DNA of 64,000 nucleotides from Eledone cirrhosa (lineage: Eukaryota). Under the pieces are notes generated by a model. The model made no database searches, was not told where the DNA came from, and saw nothing but the letters and a program-made list of their open reading frames with translations. Shown here in pieces: positions 1-14,173 of this stretch. A program made the translations under genes and the position numbers. The stretch is taken from the NCBI GenBank assembly GCA_964016885.1, contig OZ024746.1, positions 5,828,001 through 5,892,000 of the forward strand. The letters run 5' to 3'. Positions within the stretch are counted from its first letter, which is position 1; the number at the start of each line of letters is the position of its first letter.

Positions 1-189
1 CACAGAAGCACGTATCCACACAAAATTACATATAGCTAACTAAATAAGAAGCTAGATAGATAGATGTAGGAATGTACTTGTGCGAAATTTACTTATCTAT
101 GAATGATTTGAGAACCTATGTATATGAAGATGTATATGAAGATGTATGTATGTATTATGTATGTATGTATGATTGTATGCATGCATGCA

Positions 190-223
190 TTTATCTATAT
201 ATCTATCTAACTATCTATATATA

Positions 224-290
<67 letters not shown>

Positions 291-325
291 TTATCTGTCT
301 ATCTATCTATCTATCTATCTATTAT
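190..325. repeat. (TATC)n microsatellite, 5' flank of the LINE fragment
   Basis: Direct tetranucleotide repeat; the same repeat resumes at 1231-1290 and 1328-1350. Confidence 0.95.
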
Positions 326-1230
326 ATCTCACCGACCAACCGGTGTGGGAACCGTTTGTGAGACTGGCCTTCCCACAACTTGTCTCACTGATGGAGCTGC
401 AGTCCTGGGTGAATCGAAGACCGAAGAAGATGGGCGCCTGGCACATTGAATGCGCCCAGGCGCTCACAATCCTCTGTCAAGCGGGAACAGCAATCAGTGG
501 AAACTCCACTTCGACATTCTATAGAGGATTAGTACTTTACAAGTGCGACGGCGTACTCGGGAGACTCTAGGAGTCGAAGACGACGAGCTCATCAGTCTGT
601 TCGGTAGGACTTTCCGCCCTGGACCTATGGACAACTTCCAGAGTTCCCTGGCCCGGCAGTGCTACCAATTGTACACTGCCCGGGCGTAAGCGACCTGTGG
701 AACTATGCAGAACAACTGCTGTCGCGTATGGGACACATCCAGTTGACTGCCGAGTCCATAGTAAGAATCAAACCGCCAGCCTCTTTCAAAAACGAAAGAG
801 AGGCGGTTTTCCTCTGTACAGTGGCTATGGTGAAAGAGGTTATAAGGTAGATGAGATTGAGAGGACTGAGGACAGATGCCTTTCTCTCCGGACAACAATT
901 GATTCCATTCTTTAAGTATCACTTTAGAAGGAGAATCAGAGTGGAGAGAGAGGCACTGCACGCCAGGAAATTTACTGAGAGGTGGGTGAATGAAGCGAAA
1001 ATGGCCCGAGTGATTGGGCCTTCTCTTTTTATAAGCCTGTAGGTTAAAGTTGAGGGTTGTTCTATCGACGGGGTATTAAACAACCCATTTGTGGCGCTTT
1101 CCCCCATATTGGGGATTTCGATTGTTATAATTGTTTGTTTCAATATTTTTACACGACTGTATGTAAAATCCCCGGCATGTGTCTTTGTATTGTCCCCTTT
1201 TCTTGTACGCCCTTGTAGCAAATAAAGAAA
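326..1230 (+). mobile_element. 5'-truncated, degenerate Tx1/L1-like non-LTR retrotransposon (ORF2 C-terminus plus 3' UTR)
   Basis: GC-richer block with broken ORFs 343-570, 659-850 and 851-1042 (…VHCPGVSDLWNYAEQLL…FLCTVAMVKEVI…FFKYHFRRRIRVER…FTERWV) resembling the zf-RVT/C-terminal region of Tx1/L1 ORF2. Ends in AATAAAGAAA followed by (TATC)n. Confidence 0.75.
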
Positions 1231-1232
1231 TA

Positions 1233-1281
<49 letters not shown>

Positions 1282-1636
1282 CTATATATATATATCTATA
1301 TGTGCCCCTGTGGCTAATAAAGAAACATATCTATCTATCTATCTGTCTGTCTATATGTATACATGCTCCAAAAAACCTACATTCAATGTAAATATTAGAG
1401 TAGTATTTGCTTTATTTACAATTGAGCTTCTTCTGAGATAATCGAATAGTAAGAGATATTATTTATGTTATGACATATAATTATAGGAGATTTGACAATG
1501 TAATTTGTTACCTCCATCACATTGCCACAGTGATGGAAGAAAGGGAAACTATTTTCACTCAATCTAATACATATTTACGCAGACACACATCACGTATATA
1601 TATATATAATTATATATATATAATTATATATATATA

Positions 1637-1712
<76 letters not shown>

Positions 1713-1716
1713 TATA

Positions 1717-1757
<41 letters not shown>

Positions 1758-2063
1758 ATGTGTCTGTCTGTATGTTCAACACTTGAAAGATATGTACCTG
1801 GGTCATATTCACTAAATAAAGGTGGTGCCCCAGAATGGTCGCAATCACAAAACTGGAGCTAAATAAACAATAAAAGAATACAGACATACACACACACACA
1901 TATGTGTGTGTGCGTGTATGCATATATCTATAACTATATAAATATATACATATATATGTATATATATACATATATATATATACATATATATATTTATATA
2001 TATACACAGACACACACACATATATGTGTGTGTGTGTGTATGCATATATCTATATCTATATAA

Positions 2064-2167
<104 letters not shown>

Positions 2168-2168
2168 T

Positions 2169-2251
<83 letters not shown>

Positions 2252-2450
2252 CTGGAATGAAACATACGTCATTTTCTTCTGTCCATATATAAGATGGGAA
2301 AAGTGATAAAAGTTTATATTAACAAAAATACAATTATATCTACTTTGATGTTTACGTCTGCAATACAACTAGAAATATGTGGGTTTCATCTCTAACAATA
2401 TAGACACCTACTTGGCCTTCGTACAAGATACACCTTTACGTATATATACG

Positions 2451-2483
<33 letters not shown>

Positions 2484-2496
2484 CCATACATACATT

Positions 2497-2566
<70 letters not shown>

Positions 2567-2666
2567 AATGTATATATAAGTATATATATATATATATATT
2601 CATACATAGATACATACATACTATGTACCATACATTTATAATATATATGATTACAATGCAGCATAG

Positions 2667-2698
<32 letters not shown>

Positions 2699-2749
2699 TA
2701 CAATGCAACATAGTATATATATATATATATATGATTACAATGCAGCATA

Positions 2750-2811
<62 letters not shown>

Positions 2812-2950
2812 TAAAATAACAGATTAAAGTTTAAGTAAATAATCGCCGCTTTCACCCTTAACGGGATCTTCTGAAACTAACAAAGTCAATCTGTAAAGGC
2901 AGAAGTAAATATTTGGAAAAACGTTGCAACCAGAGGAAAACAGGAAGACG

Positions 2951-2992
<42 letters not shown>

Positions 2993-3010
2993 CTTCATAT
3001 CATGTATCCC

Positions 3011-3081
3011 TATTTTATCTGATGAAAACGCAGATATCATCCCATGATGATATTTGTTTTTGAAATGCGCATAATAAAATA
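3011..3081 (+). ncRNA. type I hammerhead ribozyme motif (PLE-associated)
   Basis: TATTTTAT-CTGATGA-[AAACGCAGATATCAT…ATGATATTTGTTTT]-GAAA-TGCGCA-TA-ATAAAATA: 8-bp stem I, intact core, palindromic stem III. Confidence 0.8.
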
Positions 3082-3165
3082 GTTGGAACTCTTTTACCCA
3101 TCTTTTGATCTTATATTATATATATATATATATATATCATCGCGATTCACATACGACCTACCATA

Positions 3166-3203
<38 letters not shown>

Positions 3204-3284
3204 TAAGTTATTCCGGGTTGAATCACAGTAAGTAAGGTACTCACAGTAAGTAAGGTACTCAATACATAGCAGTGTATAAAAGTG

Positions 3285-3409
3285 TTAATATAGATGAGGT
3301 TCTACAGGACTAGAATTGTTTCATTCTTTAGAAATCATCAGGAATCTGATTCCTGATGATTTCTAAAGAATGAAACAGTTCTAGTCCTGTAGAACCTCAT
3401 CTATATTAA
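3285..3409. repeat. near-perfect 62-bp-arm palindrome made of two back-to-back hammerhead motifs
   Basis: Arms 3285-3346 and 3348-3409 differ at one position. The + arm reads TTC-CTGATGA-TTTCTAAAGAAT-GAAA-CAG-TTCTAGTC-CTG-TA-GAA. Confidence 0.85.
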
Positions 3410-3426
3410 AACTATATATATATATA

Positions 3427-3558
3427 GGAACAAGTATGACCCCGACGGCAGAGCTCAAGCCGTTTCGACGGCTAATTCTGGACCCACTCTACTACCCTAA
3501 GTATTGAGTACTTTGCTGCGTTATGGTCCATCTGGTTCCTTACCACATTTCCTTCGTT
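3427..3558. mobile_element. short (TA)n-flanked repeat with internal inversion (probable Penelope pLTR remnant)
   Basis: Same family at 22390-22535, 49124-49331 and 55052-55260. Carries GAAA-CGGCT-loop-AGCCG-TC, the 3' half of a hammerhead. Confidence 0.6.
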
Positions 3559-3636
3559 ATATATATATATATATATATATACATACATATATATATATAC
3601 CTACATATATATATGTATATATATTTATACATATAT

Positions 3637-3734
<98 letters not shown>

Positions 3735-3747
3735 GTATATATATATG

Positions 3748-3782
<35 letters not shown>

Positions 3783-3783
3783 G

Positions 3784-3858
<75 letters not shown>

Positions 3859-4351
3859 CTGTGTGTGTGTGTGTGTGTGTGTATGTGTGTGTGTGGGGGG
3901 GGGGCGTGTGTGTGCGTGTGTGCGTGTGTGCGTATGTGTGTGTATGTGTGTGTTGTGTGTGTGTACCAATATAAAATGTCTTCACATAATGCAGAAGATG
4001 GTAGTTTTCTGTAAAGTCTTGTACAATGTAATATTATAACTATGGCAAAAGGAGATCACGTTACAGTGAAGTAATAAAGATGATTTAGAAACACTTGTCA
4101 GATTATGTTTCTTTATAGATATCTATAGAAGTGTTATGTCTTATGTATATGTCTGTGTCGCCTACCGTTGATTCCACCTGCCACATGCAGTCAATCAACA
4201 CTCTACAACAACAAGCTGTTTTTTCCCATATCTCGTCCACTCTATTTTGTTTTCTATATATACTTCATCACATTATTAATACCTGGGTCTATTTTTGTGT
4301 GGATACGTTGAATCATTTGTGTGTGCATATATATATACTCCTCATACATAT

Positions 4352-4465
<114 letters not shown>

Positions 4466-4522
4466 GGAGATACACCCCATATATATATATATAAAGATAT
4501 ATATATATAAAGATATATATAA

Positions 4523-4625
<103 letters not shown>

Positions 4626-5439
4626 TTATACAAGTGTGTATATCTGTGTGAGGTTTACAGGTGTGTATATCGATATATTTGAGTGATCGGGTCAAATGAT
4701 TTTAGTTTGCTTCTACAACAACTATCAAAAAACTGGGCGACATCTTCAGACAGAAACCATTAGATGGGGAGAAATTGCCAAGTTTAAAAATAAAATAACA
4801 AAATACAATAATTCGAAATATCCTGTTCTGTGTTATAAAACATCTCTTTGTTGTCATATACATGTGTGAGTGTGTGTGTGTGTGTGTGTGCGCGCAAACA
4901 CACGCACGCAAACACACAGTCATACATACACATATATATATACATATATATTACTTATTACTACTGTTGATCTTGGTGTTTATTTTTAATGTAAATATTC
5001 ATGTTAAATTCTTTTTCACATATTTTTTAGTTCAACTTGTAAACTGAGACTTCGCTATTTCTTGTTACAAATGTTGCAATCTGAATTATTTGCTTCAATA
5101 CTTTAACGAAATGGGGGATGATTTTTTTCATTCTTTGAGGAAAAGGTGGGTGACAGACAAATAAGTAACTATTTGGATATGTACCTAACCCATCGAAGAT
5201 ATATTTTTACAAATATCATTAACGAATGATATTGCTGAAATATTAGAGTTCTATGTCGGGACACAACGGGATTTTGTGGATTTGAACTCCTTTCGTATGA
5301 ACTACTTCTTCATTGCTTTATACATTTAGATATTTCATCTAAACAAATTATCACAATAAACACATTTTCTCCAGGCTAAATCACTGTCAAATGCCACTCT
5401 ACTTTCTATAAAGGGTATATTAGACAATGTAGTTAAGGA

Positions 5440-5622
5440 GGGTGGATTGGCAGACTCGTTAAAGCATCGTACAAATTGTTTTCTGTTTGAGTTCAAATCT
5501 CGCCAAGGTGATCCCTGCCTGTCATCATTCCGAGGTTGATAAAATAGATACCACTGGGACGATGTGATCGATTTTACCTGCGCCAAACATTGCTCGCCTT
5601 CTGCCTAAATTAGAAATTATTG
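5440..5622 (+). mobile_element. diverged tRNA-derived SINE
   Basis: GGTGGATTGGCAGA head, GAGTTCAAATC B box, CATTCCGAGGTTGATAAAATAGATACCA central domain. Confidence 0.75.
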
Positions 5623-6245
5623 ATTTGGTTCTATGGCTTAAACTATTTCGTTTTCATTTATTTATTATCATTTTTTTTTTCATATGGATATTTAGAGACA
5701 TCTTAAACGATTTCAAATTTGATTGAGGGTGAAATCTTGCTCGCGGATTTCCTCCGCTTTCGCTCTACAAGTTTATTCAACCTTTCAGAAATAACAGACA
5801 AATCTCACATTCAACTAACTTAAAGATATACATCGGATAACGTATACATTGTACATATCTTTAACAATGGCTGAAATAACTTCCATCGTCAGACTGATTT
5901 ACAACAGATCTATGCTGTGATCTATATTTTAGGTGGCATGCTATATCTCCCTCTACGATAACTACTTTCAATTAACTACTTCCAACAAAGACATTATTGC
6001 TTACTCCTTATACGTTTATTTTAAAATGAATCCAAATATACTATATTTCTACCCGATGTAACACTAATTATGTCAACACTATTTAGACATATTATATTCA
6101 ATGCTTACAAAGACATGCTTCACCTTTAGACATTTTGTCTGGTGATATATTCGGTTATGTTGTTGAATTCTTGAGAATATTTTAGCATGAATAGATCTAG
6201 TTTCTATAAAATACAGGCCCCGTAATATTATATTATATGACATAA

Positions 6246-6345
6246 AGGTTAACTTTGCCTTTCATCCTTACGGGGTCGATAAAATAAAGTACCAGTAATG
6301 TACTGAGTAATTGCTGGCCTTGTGTCAAAAGTAGAAACAATTATA
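6246..6345 (+). mobile_element. 5'-truncated tRNA-derived SINE with TSD
   Basis: 3' half of the family consensus; ATTATATTATATGACATA is duplicated on both sides. Confidence 0.85.
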
Positions 6346-6408
6346 TTATATGACATATAAAATTTGTGAAGAAATATATGTTTATATATATGACTACACA
6401 CACACACT

Positions 6409-6454
<46 letters not shown>

Positions 6455-6878
6455 AGTAAGCAGGAACGCTATCAAGGTTGCACCATAAGTGGTCTTTATT
6501 GCATATAACAATTGTTTCGATATCGGTCAACTCAGGAGTTGATCATCTTCGCGACCCTATTCTGAACCGACATCTCATTAAATATGCATACATAGGCACA
6601 GAACACATTCTAACTGTTGAAAAAACACAAGTGATTCCTTTGTGTACATTTATTTTCGTGTTGGGGGCGGTGGGTATGAATAGATAAAGGGACTGACTGA
6701 TGAGCCTTTCACATATGTGGCTATATTCCGAAAACAGTGAAGGTTTATAATAAGAGTTTGTCTTCTATTAGATGGACAGCCCTTCGATGCTGAGGAGTTC
6801 CATCTAGCCGAAGCACTGGTTTGAAGGAACCAGAACCCGTGTGTGAATGTGTGTGTGTGAGTAAGTGTGTGTGTGAGT

Positions 6879-6949
<71 letters not shown>

Positions 6950-7280
6950 CGTGCGTGTGTGTGTGTGCGTGTGTGCGTGTGTGTGTGTGCGTGTGTGAAT
7001 CTGCGGAAAAGCAGGTGTTTGTGTAGCAGGCGTTATAGAAAGGATGTATGTTTTCGAGGAAACTGCTTCCATTCATGAGAAAAAGACTTCACGTCATTGT
7101 ATTTGATGAAAGCAGAAATTTTACGATTTTCATTTTCTTTTTCGGTAATGTGAATATAACTAATTAACTTTGAATGGATAAACTTGGTTACAAAACATCC
7201 CACAATTTGCATATGTTACCTAATTTGCATACATACATTTATGATTACAGAAACACATTTCACTTACATATGTGTGTGTG

Positions 7281-7342
<62 letters not shown>

Positions 7343-7535
7343 TACATATACGTATATATATTTGTTTAAGATTATTTATGTATGTATATATGTATGCATG
7401 TATGCATGTATGTGTGCATATATCTATGTATATATCTATGTATGTATATATATGTATGCATGTATGCATGTACGAATGTATGTATGTCCCTATATATGTA
7501 TGTATATATGTATATTTATATATATATATATTATA

Positions 7536-7570
<35 letters not shown>

Positions 7571-8761
7571 GTGTGTGTGTATGCATGCCAGTATGTAGGT
7601 GTGTGCCTGTATTTGTGTATATGTGTCTAGCAATGATGTTTACTTCCATTCATTAACAGCCATACCAGTAACAGTTGTTAAAATAATCCTATGTTGAGCA
7701 AATAAACAAGATGTAATTAGCAATATTGAGCGCCGTATCTCTTCTCAAGATCGATATAAATTAAACAGAGATTGACGATGTGAAAACATTCACTGAAAAT
7801 TACCGACGAAATCATTTCAACGATTGTAGTCAGGTAAATGATGTTATATTTCGTGACTACTGACGTTCTTTTATCGTAATGGGGTCATAAACATATCTTG
7901 TTTGGGATAATGATTTAATAATTCTGTAAGGGCTTAGGTCGTGAGTGAAATATCTATGCCTATATCCAGTGCCAGATTTAATGGGAAACAAATGGGGCAA
8001 TTGCCTTGCAGTGGAGGGACCACCAGCGATGACGTAGCAATTTATTTGTGTTCTCAGCTGGGCCTTTTAGTTTTAGGATGGTTAGAATTCAATACTTGTA
8101 TGTATAACTTTTCAACTCCAATTACTTGCGCCAACATAACTTTGACATGCAAAATTGTAGGGGTGGGGTTGTTATTACGCCTATAGGCGTAAATCAAAAG
8201 GCGAAATACCCTTATATGAACCTTGTGATGGGGCCTAGTAGAATTATCAAATTTGTGTCTTTACATTTCATTTTCGATACTATATATAATCTAATATACA
8301 GTATCTCATTGAAGTCATAAAATTTAACATGTAACTAATTTAGGAACATAAACGCAAATTATAATTTAAGAAAAGATATCTAATATAGTATACATTATCT
8401 AATTTACAATAAAATATTCTATACAGATATAGTTTCATTTATTATTATTTAATGCGATGTAATTTAATTTCATACACTTATCTTAAGATGCTATATATAA
8501 AACGTAATATCAAATTTAATTCTGATATGAGATTAATTCAATTTAAAACAAAATATATATTTTAAGACACGATAATCAATTTAAGATATAATTTAATTTA
8601 AACAGAAAATTGAATTTATGTCATATTAATCTTATTTAAAATACTAATCTAATTGAAGATGACGATATTGTTAGAATAAGAGGTATGGGTAAGTGGATTG
8701 TCGAATTAACATTTTTAAACACTGGCAGGAATTCTAAATGCATTGGCTTTGATCAACCAAT

Positions 8762-9400
<639 letters not shown>

Positions 9401-9610
9401 ACGTGACCCGTGCCTCGGCTTACATGCATATATTCAAACTCTTACACATAGCCACATATATATACATACAAACCTACATGCAAACATACATACGTACATA
9501 CATACATACAATCATACATACATAGAAACATACATTCAAACATACATACATACAAGCATACATACATATATACATACAGTCATGCATACATACATACATA
9601 CATACATACA

Positions 9611-9646
<36 letters not shown>

Positions 9647-10145
9647 CATACAGTCATGCATACATACATACATATATACATAGGAAACATGCATTCGTAT
9701 AGACATATACACACACACACAAAATATATAAATACAGAAAAGTTCGTACACAGAGGTTTGTATATATACATATGCACATAGGTAGGCATGCGGTAATATC
9801 TGTATAGTTGCATATATACACACAAAAAATGGCCTATGCACATATTAATACAAGCGTGCTCTTATAGGCGTAGATTCACAGACGTTGACATACGAGGGTT
9901 TAAGTGGAACAATTGAAGGTTTTGCAAGTTAAAGAAATATAAATACTACTGCGTGTGGGGGCAAGTAATAGATGTGTTTCGACATTGAATGCATTATCTA
10001 TTGTATCGTTGGTTTTTTGGATATATTTCAGCAACTCTGTGTGTGCGTGTATTAGTATTTATATGTGTGTGTATTTCTATTGAGTACTTCTATTGCCGTG
10101 TGTTGGTGTTCAATAGGAATGGAACTAAGGTATAGCGATAATAAT

Positions 10146-12350
10146 TGTTTCTACTTTTGGCACAAGCTCAGCAATTATCCCAGTGTATTCCTGGTACTTT
10201 ATTTTATCGACCCCGTAAGGATGAAAGGCAAAGTTAACCTCGGCGTGATTTGAACTCAGACCATAACTCTTTGCTGCAAAGCATGGCGTCCGACCCTCTA
10301 CTGATACTGCCAAACCACCGCCCTAGCATGGCGTCCGACCCTCTACTGATACTGCCAAACCACCGCCCTAGCATGGCGTCCGACCCTCTACTGATACTAC
10401 CAAACCACCGCCCTAGAATGGCGTCCGACCCTTTACTGATACTGCCAAACCACCGCCCTAGCATGGCGTCCGACCCTCTACTGATACTGCCAAACCACCG
10501 CCCTAGCATGGCGTCCGACCCTCTACTGATACTGCCAAACCACCGCCCTAGCATGGCGTCCGACCCTCTACTGATACTACCAAACCACCGCCCTAGCATG
10601 GCGTCCGACCCTCTACTGATACTACCAAACCACCGCCCTAGCATGGCGTCCGACCCTCTACTGATACTACCAAACCACCGCCCTAGCATGGCGTCCGACC
10701 CTGTACTGATACTGCCAAACCACCGCCCTAGCATGGCGTCCGACCCTCTACTGATACTACCAAACCACCGCCCTAGCATGGCGTCCGACCCTCTACTGAT
10801 ACTACCAAACCACCGCCCTAGCATGACGTCCGACCCTCTACTGATACTACCAAACCACCGCCCTAGCATGGCGTCCGACCCTCTACTGATACTACCAAAC
10901 CACCGCCCTAGCATGACGTCCGACCCTCTACTGATACTGCCAAACCACCGCCCTAGCATGGCGTCCGACCCTCTACTGATACTACCAAACCACCGCCCTA
11001 GCATGGCGTCCGACCTTCTACTGATACTACCAAACCACCGCCCTAGCATGGCGTCCGACCCTCTACTGATACTACCAAACCACCGCCCTAGCATGGCGTC
11101 CGACCCTCTACTGATACTGCCAAACCACCGCCCTAGCATGGCGTCCGACCCTGTACTGATACTGCCAAACCACCGCCCTAGCATGGCGTCCGACCCTGTA
11201 CTGATACTGCCAAACCACCGCCCTAGCATGGCGTCCGACCCTCTACTGATACTGCCAATCCACCGCCCTAGCATGGCATCCGACCCTCTACTGATACTAC
11301 CAAACCACCGCCCTAGCATGGCGTCTGACCCTGTACTGATACTGCCAATCCACCGCCCTAGCATGGCATCCGACCCTCTACTGATACTGCCAATCCACCG
11401 CCCTAGCATGGCGTCCGACCCTCTACTGATACTGCCAATCCACCACCCTAGCATGGCGTCCGACCCTCTACTGATACTGCCAAACCACCGCCCTAGCATG
11501 GCGTCCGACCCTCTACTGATACTGCCAATCCACCACCCTAGCATGGCGTCCGACCCTCTACTGATACTGCCAATCCACCACCCTAGCATGGCGTCCGACC
11601 CTCTACTGATACTGCCAAACCACCGCTCTAGCATGGCGTCCGACCCTCTACTGATACTGCCAATCCACCACCCTAGCATGGCGTCCGACCCTCTACTGAT
11701 ACTGCCAAACCACCGCCCTAGCATGGCGTCCGACCCTCTACTGATACTGCCAAACCACCGCCCTAGCATGGTGTCCGACCCTCTAATGATACTGCCAAAC
11801 CACCGCCCTAGCATGGCGTCCGACCCTCTACTGATACTACCAAACCACCGCCCTAGCATGGCGTCCGACCCTGTACTGATACTGCCAAACCACCGCCCTA
11901 GCATGGCGTCCGACCCTCTACTGATACTACCAAACCACCGCCCTAGCATGGCGTCCGACCCTCTACTGATACTGCCAAACCACCGCCCTAGCATGGCGTC
12001 CGACCCTCTACTGATACTGCCAAACCACCGCCCTAGCATGGCGTCCGACCCTGTACTGATACTGCCAAACCACCGCCCTAGCATGGCGTCCGACCCTCTA
12101 CTGATACTGCCAAACCACCGCCCTAGCATGGCGTCCGACCCTCTACTGATACTACCAAACCACCGCCCTAGCATGGCGTCCGACCCTCTACTGATACTGC
12201 CAAACCACCGCCCTAGCATGGCGTCCGACCCTCTACTGATACTACCAAACCACCGCCCTAGCATGGCGTCCGACCCTCTACTGATACTGCCAAACCACCG
12301 CCCTAGCATGGCGTCCGACCCTCTACTGATACTGCCAAACCACCGCCCTC
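10146..12350 (-). mobile_element. single tRNA-derived SINE insertion with massively amplified 5' head
   Basis: SINE tail, central domain and B box lie at 10146-10279. The TSD AGCGATAATAAT at 10134-10145 and 12351-12362 brackets the whole block. Confidence 0.9.
10280..12348. repeat. 45-bp minisatellite, about 46 copies, derived from the SINE head/A-box region
   Basis: Unit AGCATGGCGTCCGACCCTCTACTGATACTGCCAAACCACCGCCCT is the reverse complement of the first ~45 nt of the SINE seen at 14.2, 43.6 and 51.7 kb. Confidence 0.97.
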
Positions 12351-12514
12351 AGCGATAATAATGCTGATAGTTTCTGATATTTTTGTCGGCGATAATAATC
12401 TTGGTGCTACGAATTATATTGATGTTTTAGTTCTTGTAGATAATATTATTCTAATATCTGTGTTTGTGTATATTATTGCTGCTCAGATACTGGTGGTAAA
12501 CATGGTAATGATAG

Positions 12515-12869
12515 ATTTCTTTATTTGCCACGAGGCGCACAAGAAATGGGGACAATACAAAGACATAAGGCGGGGATTTTACATACAGTGGTGTAAAAAA
12601 AAATTTTATATGAAAATATAACAATCGAAATCCCCAATAGGGGGAAGACGTTACAAATGGGTTGTTTTATAGCGCGTAGATAGAACAACCCTCAACTACA
12701 GGAGCATGTTGTGCAAGTGCCCCTTTCTTCTTTTCGCTCTCTTCTTCAACCTCAGGTTTATATACAAAGAAGGCCCAATCACTCGGACAATTCTCACCAC
12801 ATTCACCCACCTTTCAGTAAATTTACTAGGGTGAAGTACCTCTCTCTCCACTCTGATTCTCCTTATTAA
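12515..12869 (-). mobile_element. 5'-truncated Tx1/L1-like LINE 3' end (same family as 326-1230) with ~22-bp TSD
   Basis: Reverse-complement match to about 915-1230. GTGGTAAACATGGTAATGATAG is duplicated at 12493-12514 and 12870-12891. Confidence 0.85.
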
Positions 12870-13654
12870 GTGGTAAACATGGTAATGATAGCAACATAGT
12901 AAATATATTTGGTTACTTTAGTTGTTGTAGTGCTGACAATATATGAAGACGGTGGTAATACAGGGAGCAGTGGTGATGGTGGCTCTTTGAAATGTAGCAG
13001 CAGCTAATGTTAAAATATAATATTTACATATATTCTTTAACTCTAAAACTTCCAGCCATAATCGATATTTGATGAGTCGAAGTCCTTTTCGTGATTTCTT
13101 TACATGAAAATCTCATAAGATTCAAATCAGTTAAGCCCAAACATGACAAACGTTTCCAGATTAGAGAAAACTGACATTTCTACAGAGAAACGTGTATGTG
13201 TGTGTGTAAATATGCATGTATATGCATGTAAGCGTATGCTTGCATGTTTGCTCAAGCTAGTGTAAGTGTGTAAATATGCATATGTGTACGTCTAAGCGTA
13301 TGTCTGCTTAAGCGTGCGCATGTGTGCCTGTAAGTGTGTTCAAGCGTGTGTGTATATGTGTGTAAGTGTGTGTATATGTGTGTAGGCGTGTGTATACGTG
13401 TGTAAGTGTGTGTATGTACATGTATACTCATACAAAAAATTAAATCCTTCTACAAACGAAACTAGTGACTTTTCCTTTCATTTCTTCTATTTTAAATCCA
13501 GGAAAGCTGATTATATATAAACTTAATAATTTGTCGACTCTTTCTTTTTTTCTTTTCGACATATTACATGCAGATAATGATTACCATGATCATAATGTTG
13601 AGTCAAAAATCGCTGTATTTTGTTGTTTCTGTTGTTGTTGTTATTATTATTTGA

Positions 13655-13800
13655 TCGATGGTTGACAGAATCAGTAGAGCATCGTAATCGTAAAGAATTT
13701 CTGTGTCATTGAGTTACATTCCATGACGTTTTAAGTTCAAATCTCGCCCTGGTTTACTTTGCTTTCATTACTTCAGGGCTTGTAAAATAAGTACCAGTAA
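13655..13800 (+). mobile_element. diverged tRNA-derived SINE
   Basis: Degenerate head, AAGTTCAAATCTCGCC B box, AAAATAAGTACCAGT. Confidence 0.65.
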
Positions 13801-14173
13801 AAACCCCTAATTACATGAAAGAACCTTATAAACGTCTGTGTAGTAGCAGCTATATCATATTAGAAAAACATATATACTACAATATCTATAAAATAACTAC
13901 AAGACTAGTACTGCACTTGATTCAATCTACTAAACTTCTTTATCCACATACACCTGTACACACATAATGTGGTGTCATGTGACGAGGCTAGAGAACACGG
14001 CTACTATCATGATCTTTAGTTAGATACTATTACATCTTAAGTACAACTACTCTTCGGATTGACGTCACATAAACATTTATGTTTTAAAAAAGGAGTATTC
14101 AAGTGTTGGAGCGAACTACACTGTCTACCTCACCCAAGAATATTTGTGAACTAATACCAGTTATTATTATTAA

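Noticed and set aside
7820-8250. GC-richer block, possibly a decayed LINE end on the minus strand
   Set aside because: No diagnostic motif could be read with confidence.
10280-12348. CRISPR array
   Set aside because: No unique spacers, no cas genes, eukaryotic context.
10234-12358. 691- and 702-aa ORFs on opposite strands
   Set aside because: Both are consequences of a stop-free 45-bp unit derived from a SINE head; there is no non-repeat coding sequence.
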